NCBI RefSeq assembly: GCF_009914755.1
Contig: NC_060934.1
Source of the DNA: the human T2T-CHM13v2.0 reference genome, Homo sapiens
Reading direction: 5' to 3' (one strand)
Length of the DNA: 64,000 nucleotides
Shown piece by piece: positions 43,671 to 56,663 of the stretch. Below the pieces are notes generated by a model, which was given only the letters and a program-made list of their open reading frames with translations, was not told the origin of the DNA and did no database searches. Position 1 is the stretch's first letter, and every line of letters begins with the position of its first letter. A program made the position numbers and the translations under genes.

Positions 43671-45516
43671 TAGAGTGATTTCTTGGAACCTACCCTATGA
43701 CCTCTTGAATCAGGGTATCCAATGACTTTACGGTTCGGAAACAACTGGCCCAGGACATTTTGACCAAAGATCTGTTATAAGAATCTGCTGAACTGAATTA
43801 CATTAAAATGAAATCTGAAAGTTCATAGTTAGATATAGTGTAGTTTTAGAAGACGGTTTTAAAGACAACAGTTTTAGGATTTGTGTTGTTTTCATAACTG
43901 ATATTTGTATAGTGATTTAATTTTAAATGTATTCTCTTCTATTATTTTATGGCAGCTATCTGGTATTGCTTGGCCTGACTTCTTATTTGTATGTTAGAGA
44001 TGAGAACACTGAGTTTCAGTGAGTTAGTGTTGCCTATCTGTTACACATGCTGCTATAGTTACGATGATAAGGAAGATGCCTAACTGATGAGAATAGAACT
44101 CTTGTCTAAATGAGAATTATAGGGATAATAGAGAAAGTTCACAGATTTCTTTTTTGAATCATTTAAAAATTGTTATATTTGCTGCCACATTAAATTAATC
44201 ATCTGGACTGAGACTTATTGAATGAATGGAGAGGTGTCGAAGAATTGAGTTTCCATGAGAAAAGGCATAAAGCTTAAGGCTTACATAGAGAAGGGCAGCG
44301 TTTGGCTGTTTTTCTTAGCAAGAGCAGGACAGAACTGGATGAGTAGTGAAGATGACAAAAGGCTCCTCTTTAGAGCCCTGTCCTTGAACTTTTCAGTTTC
44401 TTCTGGGTGTGTCCCTTTCCTCAGGGGGAATCAAGAGAATGTGTGTTGCCCAATCCCTTCTGGAGTAAGAATCAGGACCTTGGGATTTCTTGCCCACATG
44501 TTCCTGAGCTCACTTCCAGTATCTGCATGGGCCTGTTTCCCAGGCTTTTTCTTCCTGCCCTGTCATTTTGCCCAACCCATGTCTGAGCATTGGCCAAAAG
44601 GCCACGGTTTCTGTGTGTTTGGAGTGGACTGATTTTGGTAGACAAAGCTTGGCTGCACCGGGAACCAGAGTCCTGAAAATGCTAGGGATCCATCTGTAGG
44701 GCAGTTTATTCAAATATAAATTGTTAAAATATCTTCCCTATATTGTTCTCTTTTTCCTTTCCCAAGCAGGTGGTTAGGCTCTTTCCGTCTATTGGTCTCA
44801 GGGTTTTTGGTCAATACTAGAAGCGTCTAGAAGATAAGGTGCTTCTTATGTATTTTTAAAGCCTAGATTCATTGGAATCTAAGAGTGTCTGGAGTCAAAT
44901 GGAGAAAGACAAGGACCTTGGAGAAATTTCCCCAAGAGTGGGTTTCTCTGCGTGCAATTGCCTAGAGAGGTTGACCTGAAGCACCAGAGCTCCCAGCCTG
45001 ACAGAGGTTCCCTTTCTCCTCTGTGCACACAAAAGCAGAGAGCCATTGGACTCCAAGGGCCCCTTGTGACATTGATAGCAGGGAAGTTAACAATTTTGCT
45101 CCCCACCTTTTGGACATGACACGCTTCCTAGATTCAGGTAGGACCTTGAGGAAGAGTTAAACAATGAATGTGATTTAATATCTTCCTGAAAAAGAAAGGC
45201 TGGTACTCCAAATCAAACACATATGATTTGATTTTAAAAATGAAGAAAAGGATATTTCCAGCACTCTTTGAGTCTAGACTGAGGTTCATATCTGATGTAC
45301 TAGAAATTTGTTTTGATTACTGAAGGTCTTAAATAATAACAGCATTCAGAACATTTTGCATATACTGTATCATAATTGTGGTAGCTGCTGAACTTTATTA
45401 AGCATTTATTATGTGCCAGGTACCTTCTTAATATGTCATACCTACTATTTTTCTTGTGTTTGCCACAACTCTATGCAGAAGGTGATATCATCTTATTTTT
45501 GAGGTAAAGAATCTGA

Positions 45517-45763
45517 GGCCTGGCATGGTGGCTCATGCCTGTAATCTCAATACTTTGGGAGGTTGAGGCAGAAGGATCACTTGAGGCCAAGTGTTCGAGA
45601 CAAGCCTGGGTTCATAGTGAGACCCTGTCTCTACAAAAAAATAAAATAAAAATTAGCCAAGTGTGGTGCAATGTGCCTGTATTCCTAGCTACCCAGGAGG
45701 CTAAGCTTAGGTGACAGAGCGAGACCCTGTCTCTTAAAAAAAAAAAAAAAAAAAAAAAAAAGA
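45517..45763 (+). mobile_element. AluJ with an internal right-arm deletion, inserted in a MIR
   Basis: Jumps from ggaggctaag to cttaggtgacagagc; TSD aaagaatctga / aaagattctga. Confidence 0.88.
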
Positions 45764-46739
45764 AAAGATTCTGAGATGCAGAGAGGTTACATAACTGGCC
45801 AAAACATAGTTAATAATTAGTAGCAGAGCCTAAACTTAACCCGATTTCTTTTGATTCTAAAACTCATATGCTAACCCAGTATACAATTCTCCAGTATAAG
45901 GAGTTTAAACTTTTATCACATATGTAATAAAAATACAGTATATTTTGTATCTCAGGAGTGGTTTGCTTTATTTAAAGTATTTTTATGTGAAAATAAATTT
46001 GAATTCTCCTAATCTGGCAAGATAATAGACAGCTATTAATAGGTTGTGGCCATTGCGTGATAAGGGCTAAACATTGCTAAAAGAAAATAAATCTGGCAGT
46101 GATGTGTAAAGTAGATTGAAGTCAGATGTGGGACAAGAAACTAAGAGAAGAAAGACCAGTTATAAGACAATTGCATAATAGACTGAACCAGGATAAATGC
46201 CAAATCATCCAGTTAAGGGAGAAAAGTATACTTGATGCAGAAAATGTCTAATAAGCTTGCTAAGGGGAATAATTAGGTAGCTATAAGGTTGAGGACCTTT
46301 AATCCTTCATCAATATGGATTGATTTTTTTAGTAAGTCCGAGATTTCTGCTTTTATTCTTTTATTCTGTAAGGAAGTCACTGGCACAGAAATAAACAATA
46401 CTTGTCAATGTTGGTGGCACTAATTTGATGCAGAGATGATTTCTTATATGAGAATCAGAAGGCTACTCTTCTCCATATGCTTCCCAGAGATAATTAATAT
46501 AACTCTGTATGCTTCTTCCTAGGTAGAGGACATTGTTGAACTATTTGCAGATTTCTGTTTGTTCAGATGTTTTGGCTTATAGATATGGGGCTAAATCTGA
46601 TATTCTTTGGTTATATTTTAAAACTATAATCTTTTGAAAATATCAAACCCTTTATTACTAACTTAGAAAATAACTCGCTTATTGAATATTTAAAAATTAA
46701 ATTGTTTTTATTGGTTCCTTTCAACCACAAGGAGCCATC

Positions 46740-47608
46740 CTTGTCTCTTCTCTTCTCTTTCATTCCACATTCAGTCTACTAGGAAATCATGTTGCTTCTG
46801 CTTTCAAAATATAACAGAGCCCAGCTGCTCCTCATCTCCTCCTTTGCTTCCATGCTGTCCAGCCCTCCATCCTCTGTCATGCAGTGGACTCTCATCTGGT
46901 CTACCAGCATCCCCTTTTACTACTTTACAGTTTATTCTCCCTAAAACTGGCAGAAGGATTTTTTTTTTTCATGTGTAAGTAAGATAAATCACACCTAGAC
47001 TGAAAATCCTGCAATGGCTCTACATTTCACTCAGAATAAAGCTAAGCTCTTACAATGATCTATAAGCCCCTTTGTGACCTGACCCCACCCTTACCTCTTG
47101 ATGTCTACTAATCTCCCTCTTTTCCCCAGTTCACTGAAGTCTAGACACTCTGACCTCTTTGCTACTCCTGGAATCTACCAGGCACTTAAAAACCCTTGGC
47201 TCACTCTGTTCACTCTGCCTGGATGCTCTTCCCCAGAATCCAGTTATCTATCTCCCTCACCTTTCTCAGGTTTCTGCTCAGATCTTACCTTTAAAGTGAG
47301 GACATCCTGGTTACCCTGTTTAATCTTTTAACTTGCCCCTCTTTCCATTGTAATAACTGCTACCCTGTTCATCTTTAAATCATATAAAATTCTGTAGCCA
47401 TTATCTAATGTAACTCTATGATATAGATGTATATTTAAAATATGTATAATATACATTACTTATTATATTTATTCTTTATTTTCTATTTCCTTGATGAATA
47501 AGCTGAAATCTTTTCTTTGGTGCACTGATGAATCCTAAATGCCTAAAACAATTTCTGGCTCATGAGTTACTCAATAAGTTTTGATGAAGAAACAAATTAA
47601 TTAATTAA
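46740..47608 (+). mobile_element. L2a fragment
   Basis: aaaatcctgcaatggctc...cactcagaataaagct, tcactctgcctggatgctcttcccc, 3' end actcaataag. Confidence 0.8.
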
Positions 47609-47643
47609 ACAACAATTTTTTTCCAATATTAAAAAAAAATTTT

Positions 47644-47925
47644 GGCCAGGCACAGTGGCTCATGCCTATAACTCCAACAGTTTGGGAGGCAAAGGAGGGA
47701 GGATCACTTGAGGCCAGGTGTTTGAAACCAGCCTGGGCAACATGGTGAGACCCTGCCTCTTCAAAAAACTGGTGGCACACATCTGTAGTCCTAACTACTC
47801 AGGAGGCTGAGGCAGGAGAATTGCTGGAGCCCAGAAGGTTAAAGCTGTGATCTGCAGTGAGTTATGATCATACCACTACACAACAGCATTGGTGACAGAG
47901 CAAAACTCTGTCTCTAAAAAAGAAA
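47644..47925 (+). mobile_element. Alu (AluJ)
   Basis: Degenerate dimer. Confidence 0.9.
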
Positions 47926-48500
47926 TAATATTTTTTTCTTTAAATGGGCCCATTCAGATGCATTTTATCTACTTATAACCATAATTGTGCACTTTATATT
48001 TTTGGTATTATAAGAATATATTTACAAAACAGAAAGTTTGAAAATATAAGAAAGTAGTGAGAGAGAAAAAACATAAGACTAATACTAATTCCACCTAACA
48101 CAATATCTGTTAACCTTTTGATTTTTTCCTGCAAAGCTCTATTCACAATTGTAAGAAGTTCCTGTAAAATGTAATAATTCCATTGTATACATAAGTTTTA
48201 GTATCTTCTCTTAATATTATCTTGTAGGTATTCCGTGTTTTACATATTTTTCATCAATACATCAATTTTAATCACCATGTCAGTGATTCTTCAACTTAGG
48301 TTGGTTATATCTGTTAGTATTTACTGCATTTGGAATTAAAAATGAAAATATTTGAAAAATATTTATTCACTAATTCATTTGGAAACCTCAATAATAAACA
48401 TATTATATTGTAACATAAAGTCTATTTTTAATTAAAATAACCATATTTTCCCAAATCAAAAAAAAATAAAATAGAAAGGAGTTTAAGTTTACAATTATAC

Positions 48501-48796
<296 letters not shown>

Positions 48797-48841
48797 TCAA
48801 TATCTAACTATCTAACTTGATAAAAGACTGGATTCTCATAT

Positions 48842-49253
48842 TGATATGGTTTGGATGTGTGGCCCCCTCCCAATCTCATATTGAAATGCAATCCCCAGTG
48901 TTGGAGGTGGAACTGAGTGGGTTGTGTTGGATCATGCGGTTGCATACCTCATGAGTGGGTTAGTGCCATGCCCTTGGTGATGAGTGAGTTCTCACTCTAT
49001 TAATTCTCATGAAAGCTGGTTGTTTAAAAGAGCCTGGCACCTCTCTTACTCTCTCTCTCACCATGCTATGCGCCTGATCCTTTATTGTCTTCCACCATAT
49101 TTTAAGTTTCCTGAGGCCTTCACTGAAAGCCAAGTAGATGCTGGTGCCATGCTTTTACAGCCTGCAGAATCATTAGCCCATAGAAACTTCTTTTCTTTGT
49201 AAATTACCCAGCCTTAGGTATTCTATTATAGCAATGCAAAACAGACTAACATA
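48842..49253 (+). mobile_element. MSTB-type MaLR solo LTR
   Basis: tgatatggtttggatgtgtg...aaattacccagccttaggtattc...cagactaacata; 5-bp TSD catat. Confidence 0.9.
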
Positions 49254-50362
49254 CATATCTTCTTCTGCATTCAATCTGTTGAATTTATGTGGTTGAGGTT
49301 GAAATATATGAAGAAAATACAACCTCACAGATATATGTAGCAGCAAAAGGGAGGTTTACGATAATAGCCTTTCAAGATAATGTGGACATTCTTTTTTGTG
49401 ATTTCATCCTTCATTAACATCCAACAAGTGGCAGTTCCTTAAAGGTTAGTTGCAATATGGACTCTGAAACTATAGCAATAAACTTTTCATACTCTATTAT
49501 AACATCAAAATCCATTGATCCACCTTATAATTTGAATGAATCATTTACCAATGTGTGATTTTTATAACATTATGCTTTGGTCATTTGGAAATCATTGGCT
49601 CACTGAGTTATGCAAAATTTCCAACATAAAAAAATCATATTTCTTAATGTCATATTTCTTAACTACTGATCTTAGCAGAAAAAGTCTTCAAGTATTAGAA
49701 AGCTTTTATGCTTACAGTGGCAGATAAAAGTTTTCTGAAGTTTTAATTTTTGGTTGAAAGTTTGAATTTTATCATAGGCAAAAACCACTGTCTGTTATTG
49801 CCCTTTAAGTGATGGACTTAACTTTGTTCATTTTGAAAAATAGGCTGCCAAAACCCATATTTTTTTTAAATCATTTTCTAGTAAAAAATGGTGTTCCATG
49901 AAAAAAGTGGCTAACTCGGCTTGTAACTCCAACAACCATTCAAATGATTTTGCTTGAGACAACTTTCATACTTCAATATTTTGTCACACACACAATATCA
50001 AAAACATGTATACAAAATTTAATTTAAAGAATTAAATTTAATAAAATTAATAACTTTTACTATTTCAGGAAGAATTTCATACTTTAAAGTAAAACTGGCA
50101 TGTTATTTATCTTTTTCTATGGTGAGTGTGTGGTGAATAAGAAAATAACAACTAGTATAGTTTGGTGTTACTGCTTTGATTTGTACTGAGAGCCACCATC
50201 ACTTTTGCAGCATCAATGCAAATGTCAACATAGTCATTCCAGGATAAGCCTTAAGAGTCAAAAAGTTATTCAAGTCCATCTTTTAAAAAGTTATTCAACA
50301 CTGAATAGCACAGTTACCACTTGTGTTCATTGCCACATATTCATGTAAATGATAATTTCTTT

Positions 50363-50418
50363 AATGATTAGTTTGTTCTGGTACTAGAAGAATGATTAGT
50401 TTGTTCTGGTTCTAGAAG
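50363..50418. repeat. 28-bp tandem duplication (1 mismatch)
   Basis: aatgattagtttgttctggtactagaag / aatgattagtttgttctggttctagaag. Confidence 0.95.
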
Positions 50419-51195
50419 CAAATCCAGCCATGTCTGTAGCTTCATTCATTTGTAAAGCAAAAGTACAATTGTGCAGACAGGATCTTAACTCAGTCTTTGT
50501 TTTGAAGCTAAGCCTTTAATTCCAGCAAGGTACCATACCGTTTGAAAGATGCAGTGCAATAATTTCTTTTACTGACTTTGCATCTGGCACGCATTCAACA
50601 AAGCCAACTTTACAGGGTTTCATTTGTCTCTTAATTATTGTGTGATCTTCTCTAGTGAATGCAATATGGTAACTGACCCGTAAGATGCTTGACTGATTTT
50701 CAGTTTTAAGTTGAAAAGCTATACAGAACACTTTTCCTTTAGAAAATGCATCATGTCTACATTTTAAAAATTCAATTTCTTTTTCTTTAAAGTCTGAATG
50801 ATTTGTCTCAAAATGGTGTCACAACTTAGCTGGCATGATAATCTTTCCAAAAATGTTGTTTTATAACATAATAATGGAAATTATTATCTATACCATGAGA
50901 GAAAGATAGCTTTCATCCTATTTGTATTTCTTATTTACAGTGTTTCCAAGTTTCTTTGGATTCTCTATCTATCTTACATGAGTCAGGAACTCTCTGATGT
51001 GACATTTAAAAAATATCATTGATAAATAATAATTACACATACTTATGGAGTACATGTGATATTTTGATGCATTTTTATATTTTCCAAGTGTCTTTGGACT
51101 TAAAGATTGACTGCTGTGACTTGAGAATATGAGTCTTCTAATCACCTTTTCAAAGCGATAATCTATTCTTAAATTAAGAAAATATAATATAAACT

Positions 51196-51508
51196 TTTAT
51201 TTTTTATTTTTGTTTTTATTTTTTGAGATGGAGTTTTGCTCTCGTTGCCCAGGCTGGAGAGTACAGTGGTGTGATCTCAGCTCACCGCAACTTCTGCCTC
51301 CCGGGTTCAAGCAATTCTCCTGCCTCAGCTTCCCAAACACCTGGGATTACAGGCATGTGCCACCATACCCAGCTAATTTTGTATTTTTAGTAGAAACGGA
51401 GTTTCTCCATGTTGGTCAGGCTGGTCTTGAACTCCCGACCTCAGGTGATCTGCCTGCCTAGGCCTCCCAAAGTGCTGGGATTACAGGTGTGAGCCACCAC
51501 ACCTGGCC
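51196..51508 (-). mobile_element. AluSp-like
   Basis: ctcaccgcaac, tttctccatgttggtcagg and ctcccgacctc diagnostics. Confidence 0.92.
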
Positions 51509-51799
51509 TTAAACTTTATTTTATTAACTTCTTAATAAGTACTATACACTTCTAAAATTATAAGTAAGATAAAATTTTAAATGTTATAAATGTTTTAAAA
51601 ATATGTAAAACTGTTATTGAAAAATAAGGTATCCAAATGTATTTACTTGTTGTTTTTCTACTCAGGCACACAGAAAACTTAAGGATTTCAAAAGAATGAC
51701 CTAGTGGATGATGATAATAAGGTTACAGAGATTATAGCAGGTGTAATGACTAGTAAGAGCACAGTAGAAGTGCTAATAGCATACTAATTTCTGTAAACA

Positions 51800-52054
51800 G
51801 CACACCTATCATAAACCTACTACCTTAAAAATTATAGAAGACCCAAGAACAAACAAGCATGCATCCCATTAGTCATTAAAGTGATAATATCATTCTATGT
51901 CAGGTGATCTCTAGAGAATTCTACTGTGTACATGTGAAATAATAAGTGAAAAAGGCAAACTCCAATTTATGGAAATAGTTTTGACCTTTGAAGACCCATA
52001 CAAAAGGGTCACAGGAAATCCCTGGGTTCCCAGACCACATTTTGAGAACTCCTG
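51800..52054. mobile_element. hAT-Charlie (MER119/Charlie1-like) terminal fragment
   Basis: gaaatagttttgacc...cccagaccacattttgagaactcctg terminus. Confidence 0.65.
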
Positions 52055-52204
52055 CTGCATGTAATTATGTTATTCTATATGTGCTCCCAATTTTTGTTTT
52101 TATTGACACATGCTTTAATAAAATTTTTTGTACCTAGGTTTTCCCCCTCTTAGCTATTGTTTTCATGTAATAGGTTAACATAAATAAAATTACTAAGATG
52201 AATT

Positions 52205-52765
52205 AAGAAAATGGGACATCTACTAATACAGCTGTCCTCTTCAAAATGTCAGTGTCATATGGGCAAATGTGGGAGGGTTGTCGTAAAATGAGAGACTATA
52301 GAGAGGAATAACAGCCAAAAGCAGTGTTCAGATTTTGACTGGACTTGGTTTGAAAACAAAACAAAACAAAAAACAATTGATAAAGACACTTTTGGACAAT
52401 AGGTAATATTTGAATGTGGAATAAATACTAGATGATAGTGTAGATTTATAGTTAATTTTGTTAGGTATGATCATGGTATTAAGGCTATATACTTAGGAGA
52501 ATGTTTTTATTTTTAGGATGTGTATGCTGAAGTATTGAAATTGTTTCATATTGGCAACTTACTCTCAAATGTTTCATTCAAAAATAACTGTATATCCGTT
52601 AATCTATGCACACACACAGAAGAATACATGGATTGAGAGTAGATAAATAAAAAATGATACATGTTAACAGTTGTGATTCTGTGTGTTGGGGATAGAGGCA
52701 ATCTTTATTATTCCAGACTTTCAATTTATTTGACATGCTTTATAATAAAATGTTTGGAAATAAAT
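52205..52765 (+). mobile_element. L1ME-like 3' fragment
   Basis: ctcttcaaaatgtcagtgtcat, atttgaatgtgga, gttaattttgttaggtatgat. Confidence 0.7.
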
Positions 52766-55366
52766 GAAGTCACTAAATCAAATGTTACTAATATTATTTA
52801 TTTATTTCCATATCACTATCTAAAAGAGTAAAGTGTTGTTTTGAAAGGCATTTTTTAGTATATTCATTGAAAAGTATGTAGCTCAGTGAGTAAGCAATCA
52901 ACTCCACCATCATTTACAGGGGATGTTTCATCCTTTCTTCACCAGTGCTGAGTGGAATGACCTCAGGCAGACTTTCAAGGTCTCAGTTGTCTTATCTATA
53001 CAATAGATGACAATAAGAATGGCTATTTGATAAGGTTGTTGTAAAAATGAAATTTATATTATCTATAAGACCCTTAGCTCAGTGCCTGGCAAATAGAAAC
53101 TACTCAAATCTCATCTTCTATTATTGTCATTACAAATTGTAAGTCGTTGCTACATTCAATTAGAAAAACCAATGGAAAAGCACTGCACATTAGATCATCT
53201 CTATTATATTACATTCTAGTGCATTCTGTAACTTCGGGCCTATTGCAAGTCCTTAGGGAACCAAAACAATAGGTAATGCATCTGTAAGAATTACTCATAA
53301 TTAGCATGTAAATTGTTACAATAAATTATTTTTTTTTGCATAACTGAAAATATTCTTCTCTAATGTTTAAACATTTTATCTGGAAGTTTGTCCTTGCAAT
53401 TATTTTGCTTTCAGTTTTCTAAAGGATAGAAAACTTTATTTTGAATTATTTTATATATAATTTAGTGGAGTCTAAAATGATGTATTTTGATGTATTGGAG
53501 GAAACTAAACTAATATATTTCGTGGGTAGAATTTCAAACTATAAACATTCTGAATTGTTTTGTTCCTAGTGTGTATGCTACTAGTAGACCAGTCATTTTT
53601 AGAAAGCAAATTAATTACGTGACAGAATTTATCTAGTGTTTGCAGAATATAAATCTTAGAATTGTAAAGATGGCTAGAAAAGTGTTTTCACAGTAATTTA
53701 TGACAGTGAAGGCACTTATTTTTCCTGTTAAATGGTTTTCTTTTTGTGAAGTCCAGAAGTGCTTCAGTTGTTACTGGTAATATTTTAGAGTGTTTCTTCT
53801 TAAAAATCATCCTTAATTTGTATTAGCAATAAATGCTGCTCAATGTTTTGAGGCATTTAAAAGAGGCATTTAAAATTGTGAAAGATGACATATTTAAAAT
53901 GCCATCCTAAAACCTGATGCTTTTGTTTTCACTTAATGCATTATATAGTCAAGTAAATTTCTTCTCTTGGATAAGAACTCTCATGGAAATGAAAATACTG
54001 TATTATGGCTAGGAATAGCCAGAGCCTAAAGTAAAATAATAGGTGTAGTATAATAGGAATAAGCTGGTCTAAAGAAGGAAGCCAATTATAATAAAATGAG
54101 AAAAACTCAGTTCTAGTTTGTATTTTCCACGAATACCTAATGGGATAGAAGCACTCTAATTATTCATCTCAGAAGAAACTGAAATATAGCTCATTAAAAG
54201 AACAAGGCAGGACTAAATTTTTCAACCTACATAACTCATGGCAACAGCTTCCTCTATCTCCTTCTGTCTTTATGTGATATGGTCCATCCAGCTGCTGAAA
54301 TAGACTGCCTTCTGGAAATTAAACCCCACATGGCTCAGACCATAGCAGTAAATCTGGTGCAACAGATGGTCCTGGGTGAATTGTTACACCTCTGCATAAA
54401 ACCTTGGGATTTCATCAATAAGCCTTACCCTAAGTAATGGAAATCAAAGTGACAAATTAACAACAAAATGTTCATGCTTTTACCAAAAGAGAGCATTATT
54501 GTTTCTTTTATGGTATCATTGTAATCAAGCCAAAATTATGCTGTAAGTCAAACATCAGGCATACAAATGTATATGCACTCAGTTATAGCCTTTTCTCCAT
54601 TCAGATATTAAGCTATGATTAATTAAGACTATAGTTCCACATCCCAGTTAGATTTTCCAGTGAGGTTTCAGGAATTATATGTTGATAACCTTTTGTTTTT
54701 TTTTATTTAAAGTTATTATAATTTTGCATAAAGTAAGTTTTATTGGTTTGTGCATTTGACATCATTTAGTATTTTTATGTACTGTTTAATGGGGAGAAAT
54801 AAGAGAACAGGATGAAAAGAAGGGAACTAACATTGTATTTTGATGTATTGGAGCAAACTAAGCTAATATATTTCATGGGTAGAACTTTTCAGGTCTAATC
54901 ACTGTCCTATGAAGCATTCACAAATCCATGCTTTCATAACTACATTCAAAATATGTTGTTTGTTATTTATAAATCGCTGAAAATACAGGGGGTTGAAAAA
55001 GACAGACATAGTTCTTATTTTTGTGGATTTTTAATTCTAGCAGAGAAGACATTCAGTAACAAAAATCCAATTAATTATCTAATTACACTTGTAGTACGAG
55101 ATTAAAGAGATCGTGATAGGAGAACTTGACCTAGCTGGAGAGGGGTTGAGGAGAGTGGGAAGCTTTCCAAAGTTGTTAAGTGAATGTTTGCAGATCTGAA
55201 TGCATCATCAATCAACCTGTGTCTTCAATAATGGTTAGGAGTCGGCCTGGAGAAAGGTGTGTGTATGGAGGAAGACCTGGAAAGGGAAATAGAGCTTGAA
55301 GGAACCTGGTGACAGCAGACTAACAGAGGAGAGAGTGTTTTTCTCCTCATTATATGTTGAGGCACC

Positions 55367-56293
55367 TATCAACAAAAAGAGTCAAACTCTGTAAAATATT
55401 TGAAGAGATTCATTCTGAGCCAAATGTGAGGACCACGATCCATGACACAGCCCCAGGAAGTCCTGAGAACATATGCCCAGGGTGGTTGGTTTACAGCTTG
55501 ATTGTATACATTTTAGGGGGACAGAAGTTACAGGCAGACATCCATCAGTACATATAAGGTATATATTGGTTTGGTCTGGAAAGGCGAGAAACTCAAAGTG
55601 GGAGCTTCTAGGTCATAGGTGGATTAGAAGGTTTTCTGATTGGCAATTGGTTATAAGAGTTAAGTTATTATCTGAAGACCCAGAATGAATAAAAGGAGTT
55701 TCTGGATTAAGATAAGGGGTTGTGGAGACCAAGGTTCTTATTATGCAGATGAAGCCTCCAGGTAGCAGGCTTCAGAACTCTTATCAGACATAAAAAGATG
55801 CCAGACTCTTAGTTAATTCTCTGCTAGATTAGGGAAAAGACCTGGAAAGCAAAGGGGATTCTGTATAGAATGTAGACTTTCCCCACAAGAGACAGCTCTA
55901 CAGGAGAGAAATAATTTTCAAAATATGTCAAAGGAATATATTTTGGGGTAAAATACTTCAATTTCTTTCAGGGTATGCTATCTGTCATGTGATTCTATAC
56001 TAGAGTCAGGTTGGAATTTGGTATCTTATTTCTATAAAGAGTCTGTTTTGTCAGTCTTAAGATTTCTATTTTAAGACTTACAATGAGACTTAAGATTTCT
56101 ATTTCTATTTGAATGTTAATTCTAGTAAGTTGTGACTGAAATCCAAAGGCAGGAGGGTATAATGAGGCATGTCCAATCCCTTCCTTCCCATCATGGCCTG
56201 AACTAGTTTTTCAGGTTTACTTTGGAATGCCCTTGGCCAAGAGGGGCATCCATCAGTTGACTGGGGGGCTTAAAATTTTATATTCGGTTTACA
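55367..56293 (-). mobile_element. MER4-family ERV1 LTR, about 300 bp upstream of the exon
   Basis: caacaaaaagagtcaaactctgtaaaatatttgaagagatt...ttatgcagatgaagcctccaggtagcaggcttcaga...ggggggcttaaaattttatattcggtttaca. Confidence 0.88.
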
Positions 56294-56599
56294 TATCCAT
56301 GGTCACACAGGTAAATGTAACAGTGATTTGGACTCAGTCTGTCCAAACTCCAAGTTTTTTTTTCATACTCCATGCCTTTTCCCTGTTAGACATCAAACCA
56401 TGCTTAAATGATTGCTTTGATCTTCATCTGCAACTTTGTTCTTTTTTTTCAGGTTGTGTGGCTAATGCATTTTTTTTTTTTTGGCAGATTCCTTGTCATG
56501 AAATAGTTTTGTATTTTAATTAGATTCATGGTCATTTTTATTACTTATGAAAGTAAGTTGTGGTTCATGTGTTCAGCACTATTCTGTTTTGTTTTTCAG

Positions 56600-56663
56600 C
56601 GTTCCAACATTCCAGAGCCTTCCTGAAGAGATCCTCAGCAAGCTTGCTGATGTCCTTGAAGAG
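56600..56663 (+). CDS. PRKG1: Internal coding exon (64 nt, phase 2 in / phase 0 out) of cGMP-dependent protein kinase I; encodes the start of the second cyclic-nucleotide-binding domain (probably exon 5)
   Basis: Pyrimidine tract and acceptor ttctgttttgtttttcag|C; donor GAG|gtaatt. Translation of C GTT CCA ACA TTC CAG AGC CTT CCT GAA GAG ATC CTC AGC AAG CTT GCT GAT GTC CTT GAA GAG is (S)[21 protein letters not shown], matching the recalled PKG-I sequence ...[29 protein letters not shown]... The exon number is from memory. Confidence 0.96.

Noticed and set aside
53850-53876. 13-bp tandem duplication gaggcatttaaaa, and a similar short duplication near 3825-3848
   Set aside because: Ordinary short slippage duplications
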